Below are positions 1 to 13,141 of a stretch of 64,000 bases of DNA, piece after piece (the stretch's first letter is position 1; each line of letters starts with the position of its first letter). A program made the position numbers and the translations under genes. Below the pieces are notes generated by a model. The model saw only the letters and a list, made by a program, of their open reading frames with translations. It was not told the DNA's origin and searched no databases. This DNA comes from Felis catus (lineage: Eukaryota): NCBI RefSeq assembly GCF_018350175.1, contig NC_058368.1, positions 70,868,001-70,932,000 on the forward strand, in the 5' to 3' direction.

Positions 1-2482
1 AGAGGAATAGTGACATTATTTTCAGGTGTTTGAGCTTCTTAACGTAAGGGAACAAATACCCCAACTCCTCATGAGCCAGGTATGAACCAAATAAATTGGA
101 GGCACTGTCCTGACCCATCCAGCTTTTTCAAAAAAAAGGATGTGATTAAAAAGGACATCTGAGAACAAATTTATGAAGTTGTTATGGCAACTGAAACACT
201 CGGGCTGAAATATGTGTATCTGAAACATGAAAGATTGTAGGAAGCCGGAGAGATAAACCCGGCATCGTATTTGGGAAAGGCAATTGAACAGTGGTAGCCA
301 AATGTTATTTCTTCGTCGGTCATCATTCAGAGTTCCTGCCTTGATTTCCACTTGTAAAAATGTGTGGTGATTGATGCTTCCCCAGAGTGTGTCACCCAAA
401 GTCGTCATGCCTTGAACCCGCGTTTGCTCATTGGTCATTTGACCTGTTGAGAACTCACTCTTGTGTTGTGTTCAACGCGGAGATTGCATTTTGAGTTGTC
501 TCAGCGTTTGCCCATGAGTTTACACTTCCGTGTTCTCACATTAATGTCCTGGTTCGTGAGTAGCCTCCACAGTGTTTTCATTCACCATCTCCCCTAACCC
601 TAGGCCACCACCGGTCACCGATAAACAGCTGCACTCAAAGGAGTCAAAAGATTTAAATATCTCCTAGAATTCCCTGCTCTCTTCTGTAAGCTGTATATCC
701 CTTCTACATAATTTGATTCCACCTTAATTTCTCATGCTTTTAATTTTTCACTCCAGTGCTAGCAAGAGCATTAAGTAACTGTTGTTTTAAATCACAGGCA
801 AGGATGTTTAAAATTAACACCTACAAATTTGCATTATAGTGTGTTAGAAAATCAGTACTTTAAGCCATATCCCAAATGCTTCAAGTTTTTCCATTCGTTT
901 CCGATATAGTGTCCAGAAAATTGTTTTTAAGCTGTTATTAAAAATTCTTTGTAATACATATTTTTGGTTTTACATGAAAATATAGTTAGGTGTCAATTAT
1001 AGTAATTTTAGTAGATTATCCTATAAGAAATATGCTATTTTAATTGAAAAGAGTTTGACATCAAAAATACATTTACACCAAAAATTCAAATTAAAATTTC
1101 TTCTTTATAAAAATTGTTGAATGTCAGTTATTGGTTATTTGGTCACCTTGATTTTAAGCATAGTACTTTTTACTTTGAATAATCTTAATTCTTAAAATTA
1201 AGCTAAGTAAAGCAAAGGAGAAAAAAAAGCAAAATAAAATTTAGAAAATTTTCTTTTTCTTAAGTCATGAATTGGAACTTTTTACTCTTGCTAAAATTAC
1301 TTAGTATTTTAGTTGGATGTGAGGGTATAATACAAAAACTTTCCTTATATAATGGAGTGTTTTCTTCTTTCTTTACAGACTGAGCTCAAAATGTTATTCT
1401 ATTGCAAAATTAAGTGCTGTTAATCTGCCAGACTAATTATTCATTTTAAATATTTAAACCTGTGCATTTGTTTTTAATCCCTTTTTGCATATGTACATGG
1501 AAGTAAAACTATTTTGATATGATTTCCTTATTTTGAAAATTCACAGATCAAAGATGATGTCAAAATAAAAAAGAATGTTTCAAGAGTATTAAACGTAAGA
1601 ATTTGGGGGTATTTGCACATGATTTACAGTAATAGATTTCCTTTTTCCTTTCTTTAGTCTTTCAGTTTTAAGGATTAAAAAAAGTATGATTTTGATGTTT
1701 CCAAAGTGGATACTATTTTATTTCAGGTGGATCGTTTAATAGTTTGTTGATGTTTTCAAGGTCTCTAAACAAAGTCTGATGTGTTAACAGTCTTATTAAC
1801 GATGTTAAAATAGAATTAACAGCTTGTGGATGCCTCCAGAGCACAATAGCCTGTCAACCTTGCCTGCCCCCTTATAAATTGTACCCCTGCTGTCTTCCCT
1901 TTGTTTCATGCCCAATCAGCAAACTAAACTTTTGTGGAGAGAGAAGGCAGTTCAAGTGTTTCTGCTGCAGCTGAAGGGAGGAGCTAATGTGGAATTTACT
2001 GGGAGACCAATCAGTGCCGGAGGGAAGAATGACCCCAGATTGGGAAGAAGGACTTTGTTGACCTGCTTGGCTCCCTGACCTTTCCTTGCTATTTTGTCGC
2101 TTTAAAGAGGTTTACTCTGGTTGTCGAGTACTTTATGATGCTTTTGCTAAAGCCACAGAAGTTTTAGAAGTTTGAGATTATTTAAGATACATCTCAGCAC
2201 ACATTTAATTGTGCTGTGTGATCTTTAGTAATTTGACTATATGTTACACTCAAAATCATTTAAAAAGCTGACACAGAGATAATCACTTTTTTTTGGTTTT
2301 GTTTTTAAAGGGAGGAATAGAATTTTATAAATTATCTTGAGCCAAAGTAGATTTTCAGTCTTTTCTAGTGTCTCTTCCCCATAGCTGCTTTTGTGGAGAG
2401 AGAATTGCATTAGCTACTGACATTAGACCATTGGTTCTATTTTGTTGAATTTATGCTTTGAAAAAATAGGTTTATATCTTCT

Positions 2483-2609
2483 TTTTGTTGCTGTTTGTTC
2501 TTTTTTTTTTTTTTTTTTTTGGTAATCTCTGCACCCATCTTGGGGCTCGAACACACGATCCCAAGATCAAGAGCCACATGCTTTTCTGACTGAGCCACCC
2601 AGGCGCCCC
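2483..2609 (-). mobile_element. Short CAN-SINE (SINEC_old-like)
   Basis: tRNA-like head, A tail, TSD TATATCTTCT at 2473 and 2610. Confidence 0.9.
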
Positions 2610-4544
2610 TATATCTTCTAAGTCCTTAAAAGATTTTTTCAGGTAATAGTTATGAGTTGAAAACTAAGATTTTTAGGAGAAGGTTTATTTTTTCATTAGT
2701 TTTGCTAACTTGACAAATTGTCACATATAAAGGTACAGACTTATGGGTTAACCTGACAAATGGGTGATACTGTCTTATACTTTGCCATCGTCCAGTTTAA
2801 TAACTTATAAAGTTTAGAATATTTATAAATATATTTATAAAATATTTCCCAATTCTCACTGAGTTTTACACCAGTTTTGGTAAGGGATAATGAGACATTG
2901 AAATTTTGGGGGGGAAGGAGTTTCTTATTTACCTTTAAATGGGCCACTGTCCTGTGGCTCAAAATACAGTGCTGAGATCTGAGATGGTCACTGTTGGTAC
3001 AAAGATAAAACATCTCATGCTAGATGCAGGATTGACAGCATTTTCTTTAAATCAAGGTTTAATAAAATTACTCAAATGCATAAAGTCACAGGGAATGAGA
3101 TATAGTTAAATGAACTATGGTTTCAAAGTATTATTTTGGCAAGGAATATACTGGAATGAAAATGGGGCAGTACAAGCTCATCACTTCTCTTAGCTCACAT
3201 TGTGCTACTTAGGTGAAGCCCACGGGGAAAATTTCTTCCTAACTTTATAAACCCTAGAGATAGGTATCCATTGATGGAATCATGTATGAAACTGGAGCAA
3301 ACAGGGCCTCGTTTGATACTAGCCACATGCATGAGTATAAATAATAACATTTTCTGGTTGACAACTTTCTGCTTCAGTAGGGTCATTTTACCTGGCCAAG
3401 GGAAAATGCCTCTGTGGTAGTTCTCCCACAACTGTAACTACTTGTCATTTTTACCCAAGCACTCTTTGTTGCCCACCCATATCTCATGGTCTAACGTGTG
3501 TCTTCATATTCCACTGCTGGGCAGGAGAACCATCTTGCAGCCAAGTGCAACTGACCTCTTTTTTGGTGTGCATGCTGAACCAGTATTCAGGCTCTAGAGC
3601 TGGGGATATGCCTAAAGATGTGGGCATCACGCTGTTGTGGAGACCAAACATCAGTACTGTAGCCACCTGATGCAAGTGTCCCGTGCATGTCTGCACGAAT
3701 TGGGGAGGATAAAAAGCCAAAGGGATTAACAACAAACAAAGAAACCTTGTTACCTTTGTGCAGAAGCCAGCTGGCATCTCACAGGGACAACTTGAGCTGC
3801 TCCATTGTCACTAAAGCTGGGTTCGGATGGATCTCATTTGCTACCGATATTCCAGGAGCATGCCACAGGCTTGGTCACCACAGGGAAAGGGGAAAGAATA
3901 AACTGGGAGCCTGAAGCTGGGACCTATTCCTTTTGTTTCAGGTGATGCTGAGAGGGATAAGACTGCAAATTTAATGAAATTTTAGTAGTGCAGTTTCTCT
4001 CCTTAAAGACTTTGTAAATAGTATTTATCCTTCAGAACTTCTCCCCCCCCCTTTTTTTTTGCTCATTTATTTTATACTCTTGAAGAAAAAAGAGAAGTTA
4101 GTGGTCCCAGTGTTTGCCTCAGTCGATGACCTAAATGGATTGTAACTCTTGACCACTGACATTTCCTGAGACGATCAGGGTCATAAACATAGAGGTCTAT
4201 CCTTATCCGCTCTGGGTAGACAGAAGTTTTCATGTGCTCTGAGAGCTCTGAGTTGGCCACAGCAACTTTTATGAAAGAAAAGGATCCAAGTCAAGTCTCT
4301 GGCAATTTGACTATTGGCTTCTGCATTTTAAAATTTGTCAAATGTAGAAATAATTTTTCTCTGAAATTTTGTAATTCCCTGAAGTAGATACTTTAAAACC
4401 AATTGTGAAATGCTGTTTAAGAAAGGATTCATATAAGTAAATGTGCGTCTTTATTTAATCATAAGGGAGATTGGGAGAAAGGATATTTTATTTTTGGTAG
4501 TTTTTGTTCCATAAAGAATATGAAATTATTGTTATTAGGGTTAG

Positions 4545-4668
4545 TAATACCTTATATTTGCACAGTGCTTTAAAATTTTTAATGTACTTTTGCAAACATT
4601 ATTAAATATAATCCTTGAAAGAATTTTACAGGAAGATATTATTATCCTGGTTTTATGGATGAGGAAAT
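4545..4668 (-). mobile_element. MIR fragment
   Basis: Core motif 'attattatcctggttttatggatgaggaaat'. Confidence 0.6.
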
Positions 4669-5842
4669 AATAAATACACATGCTCATAACATGCTGCATA
4701 GGGCCAGCTTTGTATTTCCAGAGAATTCAGTTTTAGGAAATATATTTAGTATGTAAAATGGCTAGAAAACACAAATGTAGTACTGAAGAAGTTGTTTTGG
4801 TTTCACATTAAGAGCTATAAAAGGCAACCAAAAAATGGAATAAACTCACGTGATAATGTGCAATCCTGCTTTTAATGCACAGTTACCTGAATGTTGGTTT
4901 TATGATTGCTTCGTTTTTATGTGTTTCATGTGTAAAATACTATAATATGCCTCATAATAACTAAATAGGATTATCTTCCACATTTTTAAAGATAGAAATT
5001 ATAATCACAATATCATAGAATATTTTCCAATTAAAAGATCATCTCATTTGTAGTTTATGATTTTTTAAAAATGAAATCTCAAAATATTTACTCTTAGAAA
5101 TCATGTATTTTTTTCTCCTGTTAAAGACTAGGTAGCCAGGGTATTTGTTTTGGGGCAATTTAATGCTACTGTTCAGAAACAGAACTATATTATTGGGGAC
5201 AGGAAAATCTGATTAGTGTTTCTAAGAATTATTATAGCACAGCAAGACAGGGAAGCAGTCCAAAGTACTAAAGGTTAAAAGCAATTTATAATAACTAGGA
5301 GAAGACTTGTTTAAAAAAAATGTTTCTTAAGAATCGTTAAAACTGTCTAAGTGAGATCTCTGACTGCTTTCCATTATAGTACTTTTATATTATTTTCATA
5401 AAAAATACTTTGTTGAGAGGACCAGAAGAGGAAGAATTAAAATGAGAAAGAAAACCAAAACAGTTTCCTGTTTTACAAGATCCAAAATCTTATCAATGTA
5501 GTTTTCAGTGAAAAAAATTATTAATATAAACTTTCATATGATAACCCTAAGAAAAGTCTCCACATATGGTCCCAAAGGTTTAAAAAAAAAATAAAACTGG
5601 GGAAATAATTATTTTATGAAAAGTCAATTTAGAATTCATCTAGAGGTGCTCTTAGCATCAAATCAAACTTCATTTCTATCTTTAATTCTTATAATCAAGC
5701 ATATATTTTGTTTTCTAGAAGTTTAAAGAAGGAAAAACTATTGGTATTATATGTCCACGGTTTTCTTTAAACAGCTCTAACATCAAAATGGCCAAACTGT
5801 TGGACTGATTCATGTTAGATAAAACAGATGGGATTCCCAGAT

Positions 5843-5926
5843 CGTGCACCGTTCAGCCGTTTGATGGAATTCGCGCCACCCTGACCAGCGAGCCCAGATG
5901 GCGCTTAAATCTGTCACTCTTTAACG
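5843..5926. promoter_or_regulatory. Candidate CpG-retaining binding site (CTCF/YY1-like CAGATGGCGC; E2F-like TTCGCGCC)
   Basis: 8 CpGs in about 85 bp of AT-rich context; motif at 5891-5904. Confidence 0.4.
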
Positions 5927-6845
5927 ACCCTACTGTTTTTTAAAAATATTTTTATATTTGAGCCCATTCGGTTAATCTGAGAGATTAATCATTTCCAAGA
6001 TATCAGTCTGGGGAGGGATTTACTGTGGGTTTCATTTGGAGAAGCTGAGGATAAGGAGAATGAAGAAGCCTCCCAGACACAGCTCTACCTGCTAGAAGGA
6101 ACATGGAGAGGGAGGCCTGGTGGACTTGGGCTTTGGAACACTTTCTGGGCAGCAAGGCTGAAAAGGCCACACAGAGAGCAGTGGCACTGGGGGTTCAGGG
6201 AAGAGGAGAAGGACATTTGGGAAGGTCTGGGGTGGATGAGTGGGGATGCCTGAAGAAACTATTGCATTGCTGAGCTTAGACCCCAGCAAAGGGATCAAGT
6301 GCTAACTGATCAAGTGCGGTCTGACCCTCATCGCACTGGGATGACTCTGGGGTTGTGCCACCTAAGCCAACCCCAGCGATCAAATCCAACATGATAAGCC
6401 TCTCTCAGATGGTTCTAGAAAGAACTTGTTCTGCAACAGAACATTGACAAAGTTCACTGGATTTTTCCCTGAAGGTTCCCCTCTCCCCCCCACCCTCCAC
6501 CCCGCTCTTCCTTACTATTTTAAGTCAGTCAGTCGTCTGAAGTGCTTCAGTGATTTGGGGCATGAGATGCTGGCTGGCTTCTCCCTCCAAAATCTCTAAC
6601 CTTGGATACATTTGCAGAGTGGCTTGGAATTGCTTTCTGTTCCTGCTGGGATGGGAAAGGGAAAAATGAATGATTTTTCATTATGCAAACCCAATTTTTT
6701 ATTTGCATTTGAATCAGATGTAGCAGGTGTCAAAATATGGTGCTGAATTTACACCATTAGTGTGAAAATTTGCACTGCCCCAAAAAGCCACCACAAATGG
6801 GCAAACCCACCTATGTTAACAAAATTTAAAATGCTCTGCTCTCTC

Positions 6846-7051
6846 ATGGCACCTGGGTGGCTCAGTCGGTTAAGCATCTGACTGGCTCTGGTCATGATCT
6901 CACAGTTCGTGAGTTTGAGCCCCATGTTGGACTCTGCACGAACAGTGCAGAGCCCGCTTTGGATCCTCTGTCTCCCTCTCTCTCTGCCCCTCCTCTGCTT
7001 GTGTGCTCTCTTTCTCTCCCAAAAGTAAATAAACATTAAAAAAATTTTTTT
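6846..7051 (+). mobile_element. CAN-SINE (SINEC_Fc family)
   Basis: GCACCTGGGTGGCTCAGTCGG head, (CT)n, A tail, degenerate TSD AAATGCYCYGCTCTC. Confidence 0.95.
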
Positions 7052-7125
7052 AAATGCCCCGCTCTCCTGAACGATGTTCTTGGTGGTATTCAGGTTTTCC
7101 TGTTTGTCACCTGATGCTGCCTATA

Positions 7126-7596
7126 TAGGTAGATATCCCCTGCTTTTATGAAAGACCTATATTACTACTTGTTTTCACTAACTCAGAGAAATCCTTAGAG
7201 GACTTTTGCTTTTACGAAAAAAGGCAAAAAGCAAAAATAGCATTCAGCATAGGTTTTATACCAAACCGTTATAGAGGCGTTTTAAACCCACAGCAGCAAG
7301 AGTGGCCCCTCCAAACTCCTTCCCCGAGAACTACACTCAGCATCTCAGCATCAAGCCACCAGAGCTTTGAACTGTGTCTGTGAACATTTGTGCTTTATCT
7401 CCATTTATTTTGTGCATCTGTTAGCAAGATGTATTGTAAGGTATCAGAAAAGCCTAAGAGAGGGTATTTTTTGGATCTGGGAAGGCTAAAAAAATTTCCA
7501 TATAAATTAATGATAATTACTTCTTCACTTTATGCCATTTCAGCTTACAGAAGGTTTCATAGGGATGCTTTACTTTCAGATAATGGGGAAAACCTG
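7126..7596. mobile_element. Non-autonomous Tigger (TcMar) DNA transposon, Tigger2a_Car-like
   Basis: Imperfect terminal inverted repeats (tagatatcccctgctttt / actttcagataatggggaaaacctg) flanked by TA; the body resembles the recalled consensus. Confidence 0.75.
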
Positions 7597-7931
7597 TACT
7601 TAGGGGTCTCATGGAAGGTATGCTGATGTGTCTTACTCTTGTGTGTGGCAGAGCACATGGAAAGGGAGGCCTGGTGTCCTGTGGCCCACCTGAGTATCTG
7701 CACACTGCTTGAGAGGGTTTCCAACAAAAGTTAAATGATCTTTATGTACACCCAAAAGTCAGCAGAGAAGCAAGTCGTGTGGGGAAGTTCTTTTTGGAAG
7801 CTCTAGAGCTCTGGGGGGTCTTGGACTCAGGGTCTGTTAGAAATCACTGCTGTACAGAATATGGTGGGAGCTGTCACTTGTAACTAACTACCCTTGTGTA
7901 AACATCCCATGGGGATGAAGCTAGGTGAGGT

Positions 7932-8150
7932 GTTTTTTTTTTTTAATGTTTATTTATTTATTTATTTATTTTGAAAGCAAGAGGGAATATGCATAAGTGG
8001 GAGAGGGGCAGAGAACGAGGGAGAGAATCCCAAGCAGGCTCCATGTTTACTGCAGAGCCTGACTCAGGGCTCAATCCCATGATCGGGAGATCATGACCTA
8101 AGCCAATATCAAGAGTCAGACGCTGTACCTACTGAGCCACCCAGGCGCCC
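7932..8150 (-). mobile_element. CAN-SINE
   Basis: Full body, TSD TGAAGCTARG. Confidence 0.95.
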
Positions 8151-8267
8151 TGAAGCTAAGTCAGTTTTGAACAGAGTAGAAGAACTTCAAGCACAGAATA
8201 TGTTTTTATATTAAATCTATAAGCATGCAATTTTCATGGTTCTTGTTTCCTCTCTTGTATGTGGGTG

Positions 8268-8299
8268 CTCTCTCGCTCGCTCTCTCTCTCTCTCTCTCT

Positions 8300-8373
<74 letters not shown>
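8268..8373. repeat. Compound (CT)n(CA)n microsatellite
   Basis: Read directly. Confidence 0.97.
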
Positions 8374-8374
<1 letters not shown>

Positions 8375-8821
8375 CCAGATTATGGAAAGGATTGCCATAT
8401 AGTCTTGCTTAAAGGATATTGCTTTTTACAGACAGTAAATAAACTGTCACTGGAAGAGTTGAGAGGCCGCCTTGCATCTAATTCTTTAACATACTTATGA
8501 TTCAGTGATAATTAGTAAGACTCAATTTTGTGTGTATGTGTGTTGTGTGTTGCCTCAATTTCTTAGGTAGTCTTTGGGTATTTCTGGAATAAAATTGAAC
8601 ATTTTAATAGAAGCAACTAATACCCACATTAAAAATTGTTTTTATGAAGTCATATAATGTATTTGGTATTATTTAAACAACCAATTTCTTATCTTTTTAA
8701 CTACAGTATATATTCCTAATAGTGCTAAGAAACATTTTCTCTTAAATTTTACTGGTCAACTCATTCCATATTCACCTGATTTCCTCTAAAGACCCTTAGA
8801 GATTTCTTCTAAAAATCTTTC

Positions 8822-8918
8822 AGGGCACCTGGCTAGCTCAGTCGGTAGAGCGTGTAACTCTTGATCTCAGAGCTGTAAGTGTGAAGCCTACATTGGGTGT
8901 AGAGATTACTTTAAAAAT
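8822..8918 (+). mobile_element. Short CAN-SINE (SINEC_old-like)
   Basis: tRNA-like head ending GTAGAGATTACTTTAAAA, no (CT)n. Confidence 0.85.
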
Positions 8919-10019
8919 GAGGAACAAAAATAATACTTCACTATTAACAACCTGCTGGCCATTTGGACTAGATGACTGTTTTGCTAGATTAGAAGAAAGG
9001 AAAACTGCACTATCCATTACCTGTGTCTACACTCCTTGGCATGAGACTGGCACAGCAATCCCAGCCTGGCTTCTGAGGGTTGAACTGAGCATGGCCTGGC
9101 CGGATCCAAGGTGATGGAACCCAGCCAGGAAATAGGATTAATGGATAAAACCAAACCCAAAAGCCATGGTATGGTCAAATCAAGGTATTAATGTAGATGA
9201 AGAGTTACAGAGACAAGAGCCAGTTTCAAAGCAATCAGAGAGTGGGGCCAGCTGGTTCAGAGCAGAATGCAGGGTATGGAGCCCCCAGAGGTGTCCTCAG
9301 CTGTCAGAACCGCTGCTGCTCTTCTAGGGTCTTGGCTTTGAAAAGGTAGTGAGGCATTAAGTACGCAAAGAACGTGTACATTGTCCATACTTTTCAAGAG
9401 CCCTCTCCCATTGGCAAAAATTCCATAGGCTCTTTTCAAAGTATCTTTTAAGAATCAAAGGAAAAAATTCATAAGCCTTAAAAAAAGTTGGGTACGCCTA
9501 AGAACCCAAATTTTCCAAGTAGGAAATGTAAAGTTGGCTGATGGTTTCAAATTATTGTTTCATTCTCTTCATCTTTGAAAGATTTCCTAGTTCACTGAGA
9601 GCCTGCCTTCCACTGCATGGATATTATAAAGTTTCTTTTTCATTCCCCATAAAGATCCCTATTTTTAGCTTTTAAGAGCTGTTACAACTGAGATATAAAT
9701 GGTGTTCTGCACCCCACACAGTACACATCTCAGGATTACAGACAGAGTTCCTGAAACTACAAAACAAGTTTAGTCTTAGTCAATCAGTTAGGTTTCCTTA
9801 TAGACATATTTTCTCATATTACTTAATTTTAGTGAAAGGCCTGTTGGAAATTTCCATGAATATAAGCAATGCTTATAAAGTTCTCCCTATCCAAATTATG
9901 TGGAATTTCTCATGGCAGTTTATAATTTCCTGAAACATAACTTGTTTGTAATTTCTAGACACATGCTCTCAAAACAGCATCCATCAGACCCACCCTTAGC
10001 AAAGGATGGGATACTTAAT

Positions 10020-10250
10020 GAAGGACTTTGGACTTAGTATGCCAAGAAATTGGAACTGAGCTGCGAGGAGCTTCTGAAAGTTTTAACACTGGGGAGGGAC
10101 ATGATTGTATTTTAGGCAGAGTAAATCCACAGCAGTGGGCAAGATAAATTCAAGGGCTCAGTGGGGACCAGGGAAAGACTGGAAGCCAAAAAACTAAAGT
10201 TAGGAAATGATTGCAAAAATTCTATTAGGAGATGATAAGGACCCAAACTC
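10020..10250 (-). mobile_element. L2 fragment
   Basis: Degenerate L2 text (gaaggactttgg...gacatgat...aggagatgataagg). Confidence 0.55.
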
Positions 10251-10283
10251 ATACATTGAAGACATGTGTGAGAGATTCCTCCC

Positions 10284-10505
10284 TTTAAAAAAAAAAAAAA
10301 AATTAACGTTTATTTACTATTGAGAGACAGACACAGAGCATGAACAGGGGAGGGGTAGAGAGAGGGGGAGACACAGAATCAGAAGCAGGCTCCAGGCTCT
10401 GAGCTGTCAGCACAGAGCCTGACGTGGGGCTTGAAATCACCAACTGTGAGATCATGACCTGAGCCGAAGTCGGTTGCTTAACCAACTGAGCCACCCAGGC
10501 ACCCG
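10284..10505 (-). mobile_element. CAN-SINE (SINEC_Fc)
   Basis: Full body, TSD GAGAGATTCC. Confidence 0.95.
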
Positions 10506-10659
10506 GAGAGATTCCCCTTTTATCTGGACTCCGGTAACAGACTTGTGTACCCCACTGCCAGCAGGCACTCCTGATCTCACCTCTCAATTCACCTGCAGTT
10601 CTCATCTCAGGCCCTCAGGCTCCCCAGTGCCCTTTGGGAGGCTCCCATATAGACCTGCA

Positions 10660-10760
10660 GCTTTGAGGCCAAGGACTGTGTCTTACTCTATTCTTGCTTT
10701 CAGTATCTAATAGAATAGATGTAGTAGGTGCTCAGTGAATTCTTCTGAATAAATGAATCA
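10660..10760 (+). mobile_element. L2 3' end
   Basis: 'tagtaggtgctcagtgaattcttctgaataaatgaat' terminus. Confidence 0.65.
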
Positions 10761-10859
10761 AATCTGAAAGGAACTCACTATGCAAACCTTTAATAAGTTG
10801 TGTTGTGACTTTGGAGCAGTTAATGCACACTCCTTTGCTTCCTGGTTTTAATTTGGTGG

Positions 10860-11070
10860 TAGGAGACAGTTACGGTTAAGAATGTAGGCCCTGAAAGTTA
10901 GAATACTGTCACCATATTTGTTGTGCTGACCCCAGGCAAGTTGGTTTTTCTGTCTCTGTTCTCTCCTTTGAAAACTGAGGATACTGTTAAAATGATGAAA
11001 TCAGATCAAGTATCCAAACTTCTAAGATCATGGCCTGGCACAATGTTAGAACTCATCTAGTTATTAATTA
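10860..11070 (+). mobile_element. MIR
   Basis: 'ggttaagaatgtaggccctg...caggcaagtt...cctggcaca'. Confidence 0.65.
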
Positions 11071-11817
11071 AAATGTATTATAATTAGTATTGATAGCAAT
11101 CATAATGGAAGCCATTTAATACATTGATTTGGGATTGAAAGTTTGCTGCTAGTAAGAGATGTTTTGAGATGATAAGCATGATTGTTTTATTCAGTCCTTC
11201 ACAGTCTGTGGGGCTACTTATCTTTTTAAATGATATTTGTGTATAAATGAAACTTCTGGACAACCATTAAAATTTACCGGAAAGTGTGTTATAAAGAATC
11301 ACTTTGAATATATTAAGAGTTGTTTAGTGAGCTAATACAGAACTCAAAAATATTTGTGTGTGTTTACACAGCATAAACTACAGTGGTTCCCAGGAAGCCT
11401 AATCAAATTCTGGTTCTCCTCTTGACTTAGTATTGGGACATGACATGGACTTTATGTAACAAAAGAAGAAAAAAAGATGGAAAAAAGAAAGAAAGATGCT
11501 AGACTCTAGTAATGCTGAAGCCCAGAGGTAAAACTGTAATCTATCATTGATGTTTTTATTTTTAATTTTAACTCCAAGCACCACCTATGCTGGCTATAGT
11601 TGTGAATACGGGGATGGTGAGATTGCTTCCTGTTGGAAGCTGTCACCTCTGAAGCTGGCAATGCGGGCCTCCTGGGTGATGCTTGAGCACTGGATCTGTC
11701 TCATGTCTTTTAGAAGACAATATCACTCTTCAATATAGACCTATATTATTAGCTGTTAGCTATTATTATTAATAACTATATTATTATTAGTGATTGTTAG
11801 CTATTTAAACTCTTCTC

Positions 11818-12015
11818 AGAGTGCCTGGGTGGCTCAGTCAGTTGAGTGTCCGACTCTTGATTTTGGCTCAGGTCATGATCCCAGGATCATGGGATCGAGC
11901 CCTGAGTCGGGCTCCACACTGAGTGTGGAGCCTGCTTGAGATTCTCTCTCCCTCCCTCTGCACCTCTCCCCTCCTCAGTCAGTCTCTCTCTCTCTCTCTA
12001 AATTTTTTTTTTAAA
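11818..12015 (+). mobile_element. CAN-SINE
   Basis: Full body with (CT)n. Confidence 0.95.
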
Positions 12016-12695
12016 GGTCTTAAGTTATTCTCAATAAAAAGCTAATATATTGTAGGTGACTACTTTAGATATTTTTCTTTGGGAATTTCTTTAGTCTTAA
12101 TCAGAAAATGCCATAAGAATACTTTTTTTAATATACACAATTTTGACTTAGGATATGGTAATGCTTCCACAGTCTTATTGGAAAATGTGGTGCAACATTT
12201 CTAAAATTGCAAATTGTGGATAAGAGCAGTGTATTCTCGTTTCTAAACTCAGCAATGCATTTTGCATACAAGAAGACCAGTGTTATATAAAGATAGACAG
12301 GTCACTTTAACTCATCTTCTTTTGTAACACAAGATATTTTCAGACCTCTCCCTGTTTAAAGACCATCTCCACATGTCATTGCAGGGAGAAGCACCACCAT
12401 AGAACTCTAAGCATCTGGAAGTTCACTTGAGTTAGATGGACATCTCTGCAATGTGCTCTTTCCTCTCTACTTCAAATGTTGGTACTGAGCTCTTGGGAAA
12501 TCTAAAACACGTTGTCCTCCTTTACCTGTGAATTTTCATTTGCTAGGAGAGTGTAAATTTCTCAACATCCATGGTTTTATTCTAAGACTCATGGAGTTGA
12601 ATCTCCTCTGTGTCACCTAGAGTATTTCAAGGCCATAATAAATATTGAATAGCAGCAATAACCCTTTACATCAATTTTCAACACTGTTCATTTTT

Positions 12696-13029
12696 TTAAT
12701 GTTTATTTATTTTGAGAGAGAGAGGGTGAGTGGGGAAGGGGGAGAGAGAGAGAGAGAGGGAGAGGGAGAGGGAGAGGGAGAGGGAAAGGGGGAGAGAGAG
12801 AGAGAGAGAGAGAGAGAAGAGAAGAGAAGAGAAGAGAAGAGAAGAGAAGAGAAGAGAGAAGAGAGAAGAGAGAAGAGAGAAGAGAGAAGAGAGAAGAGAG
12901 ACTCCCAAGCAGGCTCCACACTGTCAGGACAGAGCCGAATGTGGGACTCAATCCCACAAACCATGAGATCACGACTTGAGCCAAAATACAGAGTTGGACA
13001 CCCAAGTGACTGAGCCACCCAGATGTCCT
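12696..13029 (-). mobile_element. CAN-SINE with expanded (GA)n/(GAGAA)n tract
   Basis: TSD ACACTGTTCATTTT at 12681 and 13031. Confidence 0.95.
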
Positions 13030-13141
13030 TACACTGTTCATTTTGTGTAAAAATCTGTGTAGCAAAATTTTATACCCTTAGCTTGTAAAGTCACCATTAC
13101 ACAAATGTTGGCAGATGATGGGTCCAGTGGGATTTCAGTAG

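Noticed and set aside
6749..7039. Many 60-170 aa ORFs with AQVMIS / EPASDSVSPSLS motifs, here and across the window
   Set aside because: They are translations of CAN-SINEs.
8822..8918. tRNA-like sequences with A and B boxes (also 26074, 26606, 60463)
   Set aside because: Short CAN-SINEs with A tails, several with TSDs, not intact tRNA genes.
12645..13065. Arg/Glu- and Ser/Leu-rich ORFs
   Set aside because: Translations of the purine microsatellite.
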